This document shows positions 48,714-58,420 of a stretch of 64,000 bases of DNA, in pieces. The DNA is taken from NCBI GenBank assembly GCA_041309605.1, contig JBFYZH010000061.1, positions 7,122-71,121 on the forward strand, given 5' to 3'. The translations under genes were made by a program, and so were the position numbers. This DNA is from Candidatus Krumholzibacteriota bacterium (lineage in GTDB: Bacteria > Krumholzibacteriota > Krumholzibacteriia > Krumholzibacteriales > Krumholzibacteriaceae). The notes beneath the pieces were generated by a model, which saw nothing but the letters and a program-made list of their open reading frames with translations, was not told where the DNA came from and did not search any database. The stretch's first letter is position 1; every line of letters starts with the position of its first letter.

Positions 48714-50159
48714 CTAACCGGTAATCCACTCGAGCGCCTTATTCCACGCCGCGCGTAAAATATCCGGCGCCCATAGAATGAATGCGGCGACGCCGCCGAC
48801 AAGAACGATGACCCATGTGATATATCCAATTCCAGCCAGAATTGTAAGTTCCGTGCTCGACCTCGGACGGTATTCCCGATCCTTCAGGTAACCGGCGCCG
48901 TAGGTTCGTCCAAGTATGAAACGCAGAGTAGTACGATCGATCCAATAAGCGACATGCGCATAACCGGGAATAAAACCCGAACCGATGTGAATATTCGAAG
49001 GAGGCTCGTCGCCGCAGATGAATGGATTTTCAAGAGCGCCGGAAACCGGGTCAAAGACATGGTAAAAGTTGATCCACCATTCCGTCTCCTCCGGCTTCCT
49101 GCCGGGATCTTTCCCGTCATTTCCGCCGTCCGCGAGGGTCTCACCGGAGTCGAGCAGCGCCCGGCGCGACGCGCCGGGCCATGGCCGCAGCGAATTTTCC
49201 TTAAAGAGAAAAGCGATTTTATCGAGCGGGCTTCCCAATGTTACGAATCGGCACAACGATCTTCGCAGCAGCGCAACGCCCTCCTTTTGCTCGTCGTCGC
49301 CGGAGCTTTCAAGCTCGGCCGCCTTGTGAAAGAGGGCCGAAAGCACGTTGTAGCTGATGACCGTTCCGAGGCTGTGAGCCACCCACACCACGCGTTCGAA
49401 GGAAAGGCGCTCCCCCCCCGCTTCGAGCAACTCGCCCGAAACAAGATGTCGGAATTCCCGGTCGAGCCCGATCATGCGCAGGAACTGTTCCTCTATGCGC
49501 TCGTCGATGCGCTGCACGATGGCGCGTTCCACCACGCCCTGCGGGTCGATGTACAGGCGCACGTCGTTGAGGTAGCCGGTTATCGCTTCCCGGTGGCGAA
49601 CCCACGCGAACAACAGCGCGACGCACGATACGATCTGGAAGGGCCAATAGAGAAGCCAGGCGAACGGGCTCACCTCGCGCATCACCATGGGATTGAGCAG
49701 GCGCAGTTGCCGGCCCAGCAACCAGCGAATCGTCCTGGCGCCCGAAACGACGCGGTGCTTCCACAGATTGTCGAAAAATTTCCTCTCGCGCTCGTTGAAG
49801 CGTTCCCAGTCCTCCGGAAATGTCGCCCGGATATCGTCGTAGTCGGCCCAATATCCGTCGAAGATGAACGGGGGCGGCATTTCGCGCACTGCCCGAGAAT
49901 TGTCGCCGGCCTGATCGGGATGCTTCTTTTGCCAGGCGGCGATGTCCTCGAGAGCGTCCTCGAAACCGGCTCGAAGCTGCGCCGCGGTTTCCGTGCAGCA
50001 CTGCTTGCCGATGCCGTGAACGACAAAGATGGCGCTGGCAAGGCCCGGATGGCGGGTCATGCCGTCCGGCAGCGTTCCCGGAACACGTTGAATATTCCAG
50101 TAATATTTTGCGTCTTCGAACGCCAGCGGGCGTTGCCTGGAATATCGGGAACTTTTCAT
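48714..50159 (-). CDS. Membrane-associated alpha/beta-hydrolase-like hypothetical protein
   Basis: FVVHGIG, nucleophile-elbow-like VAHSLG, FVTLGSPL, INFYHVFDPVSG, HVAYW; internal and C-terminal hydrophobic segments. Confidence 0.72.
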   Translation of the reverse strand: MKSSRYSRQRPLAFEDAKYYWNIQRVPGTLPDGMTRHPGLASAIFVVHGIGKQCCTETAAQLRAGFEDALEDIAAWQKKHPDQAGDNSRAVREMPPPFIFDGYWADYDDIRATFPEDWERFNERERKFFDNLWKHRVVSGARTIRWLLGRQLRLLNPMVMREVSPFAWLLYWPFQIVSCVALLFAWVRHREAITGYLNDVRLYIDPQGVVERAIVQRIDERIEEQFLRMIGLDREFRHLVSGELLEAGGERLSFERVVWVAHSLGTVISYNVLSALFHKAAELESSGDDEQKEGVALLRRSLCRFVTLGSPLDKIAFLFKENSLRPWPGASRRALLDSGETLADGGNDGKDPGRKPEETEWWINFYHVFDPVSGALENPFICGDEPPSNIHIGSGFIPGYAHVAYWIDRTTLRFILGRTYGAGYLKDREYRPRSSTELTILAGIGYITWVIVLVGGVAAFILWAPDILRAAWNKALEWITG

Positions 50160-50301
50160 GGCGTGTTCTCCCCTCCTGGCGGTTGAACCCTTCGTGAAAT
50201 ATCCGAACCCGGCCGAGCCGGTCCCGGCAAAACCACCTATTTATAATTAATGTCGCCCTAAAAGCGCATGTTGCATTCAAAACGGCAAAGCTCGCACCGC
50301 G

Positions 50302-51588
50302 TCAATCCTCGAAGTTCCCCCCGGCGCCCTTGTCGGCGGACAGCGACTTCGCCCGTTCGACGATCTTCTCCCTGGTCCATTCGGACGGCTCCTCCATCCG
50401 CGAAGCCTTGGGACCCGGATCGTGCGATCCCGCCTCGAGTATCGCCTCAATCGCGAGCTGGGCGGTGTCCCCGGCGTTGAAAACCGTGACCAGCAGGCGA
50501 TGGACGAATTCCTCCACCGCCCCGGCCATCCTCTCCCTGACCTCCAGCGGCTGTCCCATGATCCTGTTCTCGAAGGGAAGGTTGAGTTTCTTGAAGTCGC
50601 CGCCTTTAAGATTCTTTTCCCGGGCGTAAACGGTCATCTCCTCCCACAACCGGTCGGTCACGCCCTGATCCTTAACCTTGATGAAGTTCCCGTCGCCGTC
50701 GAGGATCGCGTTGCCGTAGTCGTTGACCTCAACGCCCCAGGACACCATCTGCAGCGCGGTCGCCACGTTCGCCTTGGTTGTTTTGGTTTTCGCCGCTATC
50801 GCTCGCAGCCGTTCCGAGCTGTTGCCTGAGGTGCCGTGTTGCGCGCCCGACACCCTGTAATCCTTTATCGCTTCGTGGATCGCCGCGGTGAGTTCGATCT
50901 GTATCCCCGAATCGCTCGCCTCGATGCCGTGGGTCGTCCCGTTGTTGAGCGCGATCCAGTCGGGGAAGATGCCGTGCGCGTTAAGTCCCCTCACTAGAAA
51001 CCGGGCCTCCGCCGCCGTCGAGAGCCCTTCCTTCCCCTTGATCTCCCCCACCTCGGTTTCGAGGCCGGCCCACTTCGGCACGTACGGATTGAGCTCGAGG
51101 CTCGCGAGCAGGTTCAGGTCGTCGCTGAGGTGCGACGCGTCGATCGCGATCGAGGTGATCCCCGCCTCGAAGATGGACGGGATCTCCGTTCTCGCCGCTT
51201 CGATGTCCTTGTCCCCCTTGATGCCATAATGGTCCGCGTGAACCGCGACCGGCACCGTGACGCCGAGACGGTTGCAGAGATAGTCAACCTGCATCGCAAT
51301 GTTCCACAAGCTCACCGGGCAATAAGCCTTGGCGCCCCCTTCCGACTTCGCGATCTCGACGATCACGGCGGCGTTCGCCCGTTGTGCGGCGCGCAGAGCA
51401 CCCTCTATCACGAGGTGGCTCCTGCCGTTCGCCGCGATCGTCATGGCCCCGCCTTTTTCGAGCATGGCCCTGTCGATGAATTTCCCGCTGACGAGAAGCG
51501 CCTTCGAATTGGGAAAAAGCCTCGCGACGTTCGGAGGACGGCCGACCTTGACGGCTCTTTCGAAATCCGCCTTTTTTATCCTGGACAT
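50302..51588 (-). CDS. fba: Class II fructose-bisphosphate aldolase
   Basis: VHADH, IAIDASH, LETEVGEIKG, NNGTTHG, AQHGTSG, KANVAT metal- and substrate-binding motifs. Confidence 0.9.
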   Translation of the reverse strand: MSRIKKADFERAVKVGRPPNVARLFPNSKALLVSGKFIDRAMLEKGGAMTIAANGRSHLVIEGALRAAQRANAAVIVEIAKSEGGAKAYCPVSLWNIAMQVDYLCNRLGVTVPVAVHADHYGIKGDKDIEAARTEIPSIFEAGITSIAIDASHLSDDLNLLASLELNPYVPKWAGLETEVGEIKGKEGLSTAAEARFLVRGLNAHGIFPDWIALNNGTTHGIEASDSGIQIELTAAIHEAIKDYRVSGAQHGTSGNSSERLRAIAAKTKTTKANVATALQMVSWGVEVNDYGNAILDGDGNFIKVKDQGVTDRLWEEMTVYAREKNLKGGDFKKLNLPFENRIMGQPLEVRERMAGAVEEFVHRLLVTVFNAGDTAQLAIEAILEAGSHDPGPKASRMEEPSEWTREKIVERAKSLSADKGAGGNFED

Positions 51589-51735
51589 ACGACGCCTTCC
51601 TTGAATGAATGAGGTGAAAGCAACCCGAGCCGGCGCCCGCCGCGCCCTTCCCTATTTTGTATTTGAATTTCCAATCCCCGTCAAATGGTTTCTTCGGCCG
51701 GTTTCTTTCGAAAGGCCGCTCGCGACACATCTGGC

Positions 51736-53202
51736 TCAGAAACGGGTCCTCTGAAGCTTTTCCGTGTTGCCCGGAGGCCTGCTCAGAAGACTCGCCGCCA
51801 CGATCGCCGCGATTGACAGTATGAAACCGGGAACTATTTCATAGAGGTCGAACAGGCCTCCCTCCAGCAGTTTGCCCCAGATAAAAACGGTCACCCCGCC
51901 CGTGATAATTCCGGCGAATGCCCCCGCCCTGGTCATTCTCTTCCAGAACAGGGACATTAGAATCGTAGGGCCGAACGCGGCGCCGAATCCCGCCCAGGCG
52001 AACGCCACGAGATCGAGAACCTTGTTTTCGGGATTCATCGCAAGCGCAAAGGCGACGGCGGATATCAACACCACCGTCAATCTTCCCACCCAGACCAGCT
52101 CTCTCTGGGAAGCCCGTTTTCTTATGAAAGGCTTGTAAAAATCTTCGGTCAATGCCGAGGATGCGACCAGAAGCTGCGAATCCGCCGTGCTCATTATCGC
52201 GGCAAGGATCGCCGCGAGACATATCCCCGCAGGCACGGGATGAAGGAGCGATTGCACCAGCAGGATGAAGACCTTCTCGGTGTCCGCTCCGGCCAGGGGC
52301 GTTTCGAGCGCGCCGACCCCGGCGAAGCCGACAAGGAGCGCCCCCGCCATGCCGAGAAAAACCCACCACATGGCTATCGTCCTCGCGCGCGGGATGCCGT
52401 CGGGCGAATTGATCGCCATGAAGCGGACAAGGATATGCGGCTGGCCGAAGTAGCCGAGCCCCCAGGCCGTCAGCGAGACGATCGACAGCAGCCCTCCGCT
52501 CGCCGCGAACGGATTGAGCATCGAGGGATTCACCGCCCGCATCGCATCGGTCACGTGCCCCCACCCTCCCTGGCTCGCGATGGCGATTACCGGCACCAGC
52601 ACGAGGGCCAGGGACATGAGCAGGCCCTGAACGCAATCGGTCCAGCAAACAGCCATGAACCCTCCCAGGAAGGTGTAGACGATGACCGTCAGCCCACCGA
52701 CAAGCACCGCATGGATATAGGACAGGCCGAATACGCTTTCGAACAGTTTCCCTCCCGCGACAAGCCCGGAGCTCGTATAGAAAAGAAAGAATGTCAGGAT
52801 GAAAAATGCCGTAACGATGCGAAGGACCCGGCTCCGATCTTCGAACCGGTTCTCGAGATATTCGGACAGCGTTATCGAATCGCCCAGCGCTGCGGTGTAT
52901 ACCCGCAGCCTCACGGCGACTAATTTCCAGTTTAAATAGGTCCCGGCGAAAAGCCCCAGCGCTATCCAGCAGGCTTCAAACCCGCCGGCGTATGCGAAGC
53001 CCGGCAACCCGAGGAGCAGCCATCCGCTCATGTCCGAAGCGCCGGCGCTAAGAGCCGCTGTGAAGCTGCCGAGCTTCCTGCCTCCCAGCAGATAGTCCGA
53101 CAGGCTGCCGGTGCGGCGATACGCGTAGATCCCGATGGCAAGCATCACCGCCAGGTAAGCAAAAAAGGTCGCGGCGATTATTTCAGTGTTCTGCATGACC
53201 AC
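51736..53202 (-). CDS. putP: Sodium/proline symporter
   Basis: DYLLGGRKLG, ALSAGASDMSGWLLLGLPG, LGYFGQPHILVRFMA, AAIMSTADSQLL, AWAGFGAAFGP. Confidence 0.96.
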   Translation of the reverse strand: MVMQNTEIIAATFFAYLAVMLAIGIYAYRRTGSLSDYLLGGRKLGSFTAALSAGASDMSGWLLLGLPGFAYAGGFEACWIALGLFAGTYLNWKLVAVRLRVYTAALGDSITLSEYLENRFEDRSRVLRIVTAFFILTFFLFYTSSGLVAGGKLFESVFGLSYIHAVLVGGLTVIVYTFLGGFMAVCWTDCVQGLLMSLALVLVPVIAIASQGGWGHVTDAMRAVNPSMLNPFAASGGLLSIVSLTAWGLGYFGQPHILVRFMAINSPDGIPRARTIAMWWVFLGMAGALLVGFAGVGALETPLAGADTEKVFILLVQSLLHPVPAGICLAAILAAIMSTADSQLLVASSALTEDFYKPFIRKRASQRELVWVGRLTVVLISAVAFALAMNPENKVLDLVAFAWAGFGAAFGPTILMSLFWKRMTRAGAFAGIITGGVTVFIWGKLLEGGLFDLYEIVPGFILSIAAIVAASLLSRPPGNTEKLQRTRF

Positions 53203-53473
53203 CCCCCTGCCCGGCAGTGCACACTATAGTACGCCATGGTCACCGAATAAACAAATAAATGCATGACAATCGACGGCGCCCGGCAGGCGCTGGAGAGCAC
53301 GGCCATGTCACGGATGGGCATACAAATCACAGGTTCCTGTTGATGCAATGGCGCGCACCGGATACAATTCACGATTATCCCGCGCCCCGCAGGCGCCGGA
53401 GAATGAAAAGGTATCCGGCGAATTTCGCTTTGCCGGAGACCGGACGGCTGATATTCACTCTTTGGAGGATTCA

Positions 53474-54010
53474 ATGACGAAACGGTTCGCTCTGATCGCG
53501 GCTCTTGCCTGCGCCGCAGCGGTCCTTTTGACCCTCTGCTCCTGCTCGCGGACTACGAAACGCGTCGATGAGATAACGCATTTTAAACTCGACTCGATGG
53601 ACGGGATTCTCGACCGGTCCGGCGTCGAGGTCGACAGCACCGTTTCGAGCGACGGCGCAGCGTCCATGAAGATCACGGCCACGGAACCGAGGACCGTGCG
53701 ACTGTTCGAGCTCGGCGACATCGACCTCGAGAACGCAAAACTCGTCTATCGCGCGATGCTCCGCACGAAGAAGCTTGCGGGAAAAGCCTACCTTGAAATG
53801 TCCGCAGGTTTGAAGAACGGGGAAGAGTTGTCGTCGCGCGGCGAAGACCGCCCCGCCGCCGGCACGACGGAATGGGTGACCTACGAGATCATGTTCCTGC
53901 TCGGGAAAAAGGAAAATCCCGTCAACGTAAAGCTCAATCTCGTGATCGAGGGGAAGGGAACGGTCTGGATCGACGACATCCTCATCCTCAAGGGACCGCC
54001 GATTATTTAA
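53474..54010 (+). CDS. Hypothetical lipoprotein with carbohydrate-binding-module-like beta-sandwich
   Basis: Start ATG 53474 (GGAGG RBS); lipobox LCSC; GTTEWVTYEI...VKLNLVIEGKGTVWIDDI resembles galactose-binding-like folds. Confidence 0.75.
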   Translation: MTKRFALIAALACAAAVLLTLCSCSRTTKRVDEITHFKLDSMDGILDRSGVEVDSTVSSDGAASMKITATEPRTVRLFELGDIDLENAKLVYRAMLRTKKLAGKAYLEMSAGLKNGEELSSRGEDRPAAGTTEWVTYEIMFLLGKKENPVNVKLNLVIEGKGTVWIDDILILKGPPII

Positions 54011-54024
54011 AATAATACGTCGAA

Positions 54025-55071
54025 CTAATCCCGGACGCACCGAACCGAATACCCGCCCGATTTAGGGTAGTCGTAGCGTGATATGCCGGAGTATTCGTTG
54101 AATAAGTAGCGGTACCATCCGCGTTCGCTATCGCTTTCCACGGACGACCAGAAGTTGGCGAGGTAACCCATGGAGCTGAAATAGCCGTAGGAAGTGCGGT
54201 ATCCGGCGGGCAGCGCCGAGAAACCGCTTTCATTCGTGGCGCCGTTGTTTGGGCTTTGCCAATACGTTGTGCCGGTTTCTTTCAACTGGCCGCCTTCGTC
54301 AGTGCCGCGCCAGCCCGTATCATCGGCCTCTTCCTGGCTCAGGCCCAGACACATCTCCAATTGTTTCCAATCGTCGTCAGTCGGCACGCGCCAGCCTTCA
54401 GGAGCGATGTCACGAGCGTCGGCTACGGCATACCAGTTATATAATCTGCCATAAGCGGCGACATTGCTCTCATTGTTGTCATAACTGCAATATGCCCCTG
54501 AAACAAGATCTTCCCATTCGGCGTTGCCGGTTACATTGGCTATGTCGTCGCCGTTGCGGTAACGGGTCACTTTCAGGTTCTCCGCCATCCACCACTGCCC
54601 GCAGACCTTGACGGTTTGATAGACGTTGCCGTCTATGTCGGTGACCGTGCCGGTCGAATCGCCGCCGCCCGGCGATTCCGTATCGAACGATCTGATCTCT
54701 CCGTAGCCCGTGCCCTCGCTATTGACGGCATAGGCCCTCACATAGTAAGGCGTGCCCGCGGTCAGGCCGGTTATGGAACTGGTAAAACCGCCCGTCCCCG
54801 CGCCGGTGACGGTGGTATCGTCGGCTATCGTGGGAGTCGCGGCGATACTCCAGCACACTCCGCGCGCGGTTACGTCCGCCCCGCCATCCGAGGTGATCGT
54901 TCCGCCGCATTCCGCCGTCGTCTGCGTTATCTCGCTGACAGCGGACGTCGTCAATTCCGGAATCGAGGTGTTATCGGGCTCGGCGGGGTCGTCGCCTCCG
55001 CATCCGACGAAAAAGAGAAAGATAGATGCCGATAAAAACGATGTCGGAATCGCGTGAGATTTTTTAAACAT
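54025..55071 (-). CDS. Lipoprotein with FN3-like domain and Fibrobacter succinogenes major paralogous (FISUMP) domain
   Basis: Start ATG 55071; lipobox FVGC; ARGVCWS..PT...YYVRAYA.NS.GT.YG; VTDIDGNVYQTVK.CGQWWMAENL, YGRLYNWYA, PEGWRVPT, GFSALPAGYR, GYSVRCVRD. Confidence 0.9.
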   Translation of the reverse strand: MFKKSHAIPTSFLSASIFLFFVGCGGDDPAEPDNTSIPELTTSAVSEITQTTAECGGTITSDGGADVTARGVCWSIAATPTIADDTTVTGAGTGGFTSSITGLTAGTPYYVRAYAVNSEGTGYGEIRSFDTESPGGGDSTGTVTDIDGNVYQTVKVCGQWWMAENLKVTRYRNGDDIANVTGNAEWEDLVSGAYCSYDNNESNVAAYGRLYNWYAVADARDIAPEGWRVPTDDDWKQLEMCLGLSQEEADDTGWRGTDEGGQLKETGTTYWQSPNNGATNESGFSALPAGYRTSYGYFSSMGYLANFWSSVESDSERGWYRYLFNEYSGISRYDYPKSGGYSVRCVRD

Positions 55072-55356
55072 AAGGATACTCCCTGCTGTCTTGCTGATTT
55101 CCCGCAACTGCCCCGGTTCGGCGCGAACCGGATTTTCAAGGTTTTGATTTGGCCACAAATCAGTCGTATTGTCCATAACTTTAGTGACCCGCTATAATCC
55201 GCCGTTTTCAAGTTGGATTTCAACGCCGGCTGCCGGAATTTTCGGGAAAATAGTCGCTCCAACCGGTCAAGCCGGGAGCTCGACGCACATAGCCTCATTC
55301 TTAAACCTCCTCCTCAGAATCTTGACAAGGAATCGAATTACCCATAGAATGCCGGC

Positions 55357-55830
55357 ATGAAAATAATAAACATTTTTCATTACCTCAGCCATGCAAGATG
55401 GATCTTTTTTGTCTGGGCAATGTTTTTGATGGTTCAGGCATTTCTTCACCCCGGCCTTTATGCGCTATCCAATACGGGATTGTGTATTTTTCTCGTCGGA
55501 TTGTTCCTGGGTTTCACGGGTTTCAGCAATATCGAAAAACTGTCCAAAAAGGAAATACGGGATTTTGCAAATCCGAAGAGTGTAAAAATCAGCGCCATTT
55601 TTCTTCTGGTCGTGGCTGGATACATTTTTATTCAGGGGATCTATTTCATCAACATCAAGTCGATAAAACCCGCGATGCAAGAAGACGTCGCAGTGGAATT
55701 GAAAAACGTCGGGTTCAATTGTCTCGCCCTGGGGTTTGGATTCCTTTGCTACTTGAAACTGATATTCGATAAATATAAATATTATCAGTCGCTGCATGAA
55801 GGCAAACGAACGAGCTGCGGCGCGAAATAG
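55357..55830 (+). CDS. AT-rich hypothetical membrane protein
   Basis: 157-aa ORF with four hydrophobic segments; visibly lower GC than flanks. Confidence 0.65.
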   Translation: MKIINIFHYLSHARWIFFVWAMFLMVQAFLHPGLYALSNTGLCIFLVGLFLGFTGFSNIEKLSKKEIRDFANPKSVKISAIFLLVVAGYIFIQGIYFINIKSIKPAMQEDVAVELKNVGFNCLALGFGFLCYLKLIFDKYKYYQSLHEGKRTSCGAK

Positions 55831-55900
55831 TTTATAATCGGCATCGCGCCCGTCGGACCGGATCGATGCCCTGTGTGCAATGAAAGAAGGAGAAGCGCTG

Positions 55901-58327
55901 ATGAGCAGATTTCTGAAAACGATGTTCACCCTGGCCGCGTGCATGATAGTCCTGGCCTCGCAGGCGCTCCGCGCCTGGTGGGTGCCGGACGGGATTCCGG
56001 TCTATGCATGGCCCGGCTCCCAGCAAAATCCCGAAATATGTTCGGACGGCATGGGTGGAGCATTCGTCGTGTGGGAGGATAATTCCAGCGGTGACTATAA
56101 CCTCTACGCGTGGCGGATGGACGCATCGGGGAACTTCCCCTGGGGCGGCGGCGGCTCTGTCGACATTAGCTGGGTGCCCGAAGACCAGCGGAATCCCGCG
56201 ATCATTCCCGACGGCGCGGGCGGCGCGTTCATCGCCTGGCAGGACGGACGCGATGGAAACGACGATATCTATATGCAGCGCGTGAACTCGATCGGTGACA
56301 CCCGATGGGCGGCGGCCGGCGCCGCTCTCTGTACGGCGACGGGGAACCAGACGACGCCCCGCATCATCCCCGACGGCGGGGGAGGCATGATCGTAATATG
56401 GCAGGATAATCGCTCCTCCGGCAACGACGTCTACGCGCAGAGGGTGAACGCTTTGGGATCCGCCCTGTGGACGGCCGACGGCGTGCCGATCTGCACGGCG
56501 ATCGGCAGCCAGTATGTCTACACGATGGTTTCCGACGGCACGGGAGGAGCGATCGTAGCGTGGGTGGATAATCGCGCCTCCAGCTACGACGTCTACGCTC
56601 AGCGGGTGGATAGATACGGAACCGCGATGTGGACGGCGAATGGCGTGGCGGTATGCACGGCGGCCGATGATCAGAACAGCCCCGCTATAACAGCGGACGG
56701 CGCGGGGGGGGCAATCATCTCGTGGACCGACGCGCGCGGTACCACAGGAAATGTCTATGCCCAGCGTGTGAACGCTTCGGGAGCGACGCAGTGGACGGCG
56801 AACGGAGTCCGTATTTATGCCAACGACAAGGATATCCAGGGCCTCTCGCAAATCGCTTCGGACGGCGCGGGCGGGGCGGTCGTAGCCTGGGCGGAAACAC
56901 GCGACGGGGGCAACGGCTATTACGCGCAACACCTCAACGCTTCGGGAGCGCGCCTGTGGCCGGAAGGAGGCGTCACCCTTGGCGATGGGGTCAGCGAGTT
57001 GAACATTCTCTACGGCTGTCCCGACGGCGCGGGCGGATTGATCGTCACGTGGATCGTTAACTTAGGGGGTACCTATGACCTCTTCGTCCAGAAGGTGAGC
57101 GTCTCCGGGGCCCTGCCGTGGGGATCGGCGCCGACGACCGTCTCCGCGGCGATCGACGATCAGACCTATCCATCGATCGTTCCGGACGGCACGGGCGGAG
57201 CGATCCTCGCGTGGCGCGATGGGCGAAACGGAGGATACGGATATTACGATATCTACGCCCAGCTCGTGGACGGCGCGGGGCGGGCGGGCGGGCTAGCGCC
57301 CGAGATCGCCTCTGCCCAGGACGTTCCGGGGGACCAGGGGGGACAGGTATTCCTCTCGTGGGACGCCGCGCGGGCCGACCGCTTCATGGATTCCTCGATG
57401 TCCCATTACTCGATCTGGCGCTCTATCAATTCGACTCAGGCGGTGTCGGCGATCGAAGATGGCGCCTCTGAGATCGCATCTCTTTCGGAATTCGATCTTC
57501 CGTCGGGCGCTCCCGTCATCCGCGTCGAGCAGATGGGCGCTCTCACGATTTACTGGCAACTCGTCGACACGCATGACGCTCTCTTCATGGAGGGATACGG
57601 ATTGCCGGTCGCGACGCTCTTCGACTCGACTGCAACTTGCGGCGATCCTCATTACTTCCAGGTCGTGGCGCATACGACCGATCCGCGCGTGTTCTGGACA
57701 TCGGAGGCCGCGAGCGGATGGTCCGTGGACAATCTCGCTCCCTGCCCGCCCGCCGGCTTCGAGGGGGAACAGAGCTTCACGCCGATCGGCCTCTATCTCA
57801 CGTGGGATCCGAACGCGGAGGGCGATTTCTCGTGCTACGCCCTCTACCGCGGACTCTCAGCCGACTTTGTCCCCGGCGCGGGGAACCTCGTCGGGCAGCT
57901 CGACGAGACCTGGTACTTCGACGGAGACTGGAGCTGGGACAGCGGGTACTGCTACAAAATCTCGGCTTTCGATATAAACGGCAACGAGAGCGAATACGCT
58001 TCGTTCCTGCAGGGCAACCTCACGGGGGATGAACTGCCGGCGGCGCCGGCCGCGAGCTTCCTCTCACAGAACTTCCCGAATCCGTTCAACCCGATAACGA
58101 AGATCGTCTTCGGGCTGGCGGAGCCGGCGGCTGTGAGGCTTCGCGTCTACGACGCGGCGGGGCATCTCGTGCGCTCGCTCATCGACGAAACGATGCCGGC
58201 CGGGCGCTATGCGGAAACCTGGGACGGCCGCGACACGCGCGGCTCGACCGTCGCAAGCGGCGTGTACTTCTATCGCCTCGACGCCGGAGCGTTCACGGAG
58301 ACTCGCAAAATGGTGCTCCTGCGGTGA
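55901..58327 (+). CDS. Secreted 8-repeat beta-propeller-like protein with FN3-like region and FlgD/T9SS-type C-terminal domain
   Basis: Start ATG 55901 (AAGGAG RBS); eight ~54-aa repeats (DG.GG....W.D.R....D.YAQR....G...W); tail QNFPNPFNP...YDAAG...WDGRD.RG..VASGVYFYRL...RKMVLLR. Confidence 0.88.
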   Translation: MSRFLKTMFTLAACMIVLASQALRAWWVPDGIPVYAWPGSQQNPEICSDGMGGAFVVWEDNSSGDYNLYAWRMDASGNFPWGGGGSVDISWVPEDQRNPAIIPDGAGGAFIAWQDGRDGNDDIYMQRVNSIGDTRWAAAGAALCTATGNQTTPRIIPDGGGGMIVIWQDNRSSGNDVYAQRVNALGSALWTADGVPICTAIGSQYVYTMVSDGTGGAIVAWVDNRASSYDVYAQRVDRYGTAMWTANGVAVCTAADDQNSPAITADGAGGAIISWTDARGTTGNVYAQRVNASGATQWTANGVRIYANDKDIQGLSQIASDGAGGAVVAWAETRDGGNGYYAQHLNASGARLWPEGGVTLGDGVSELNILYGCPDGAGGLIVTWIVNLGGTYDLFVQKVSVSGALPWGSAPTTVSAAIDDQTYPSIVPDGTGGAILAWRDGRNGGYGYYDIYAQLVDGAGRAGGLAPEIASAQDVPGDQGGQVFLSWDAARADRFMDSSMSHYSIWRSINSTQAVSAIEDGASEIASLSEFDLPSGAPVIRVEQMGALTIYWQLVDTHDALFMEGYGLPVATLFDSTATCGDPHYFQVVAHTTDPRVFWTSEAASGWSVDNLAPCPPAGFEGEQSFTPIGLYLTWDPNAEGDFSCYALYRGLSADFVPGAGNLVGQLDETWYFDGDWSWDSGYCYKISAFDINGNESEYASFLQGNLTGDELPAAPAASFLSQNFPNPFNPITKIVFGLAEPAAVRLRVYDAAGHLVRSLIDETMPAGRYAETWDGRDTRGSTVASGVYFYRLDAGAFTETRKMVLLR

Positions 58328-58362
58328 TATAGATCCAGCTGGTGTCAACCGGCAGTTAAAGC

Positions 58363-58391
58363 GAGAGGAGGGCGGTTACCGCTCTCCTCTC
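58363..58391. terminator. Stem-loop between convergent genes (probable bidirectional terminator)
   Basis: GAGAGGAGGGCGGT / ACCGCTCTCCTCTC inverted repeat flanked by TTAAA and TTTAA. Confidence 0.7.
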
Positions 58392-58420
58392 ACCTTTAAT
58401 CGCTCCTATCAAGTAACATG

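Noticed and set aside
55170-55200. TATAGCGGGTCACTAAAGTTATGGACAA (minus strand) as an IS630-like terminal repeat
   Set aside because: No partner end or transposase found in the window; the resemblance is from memory only.
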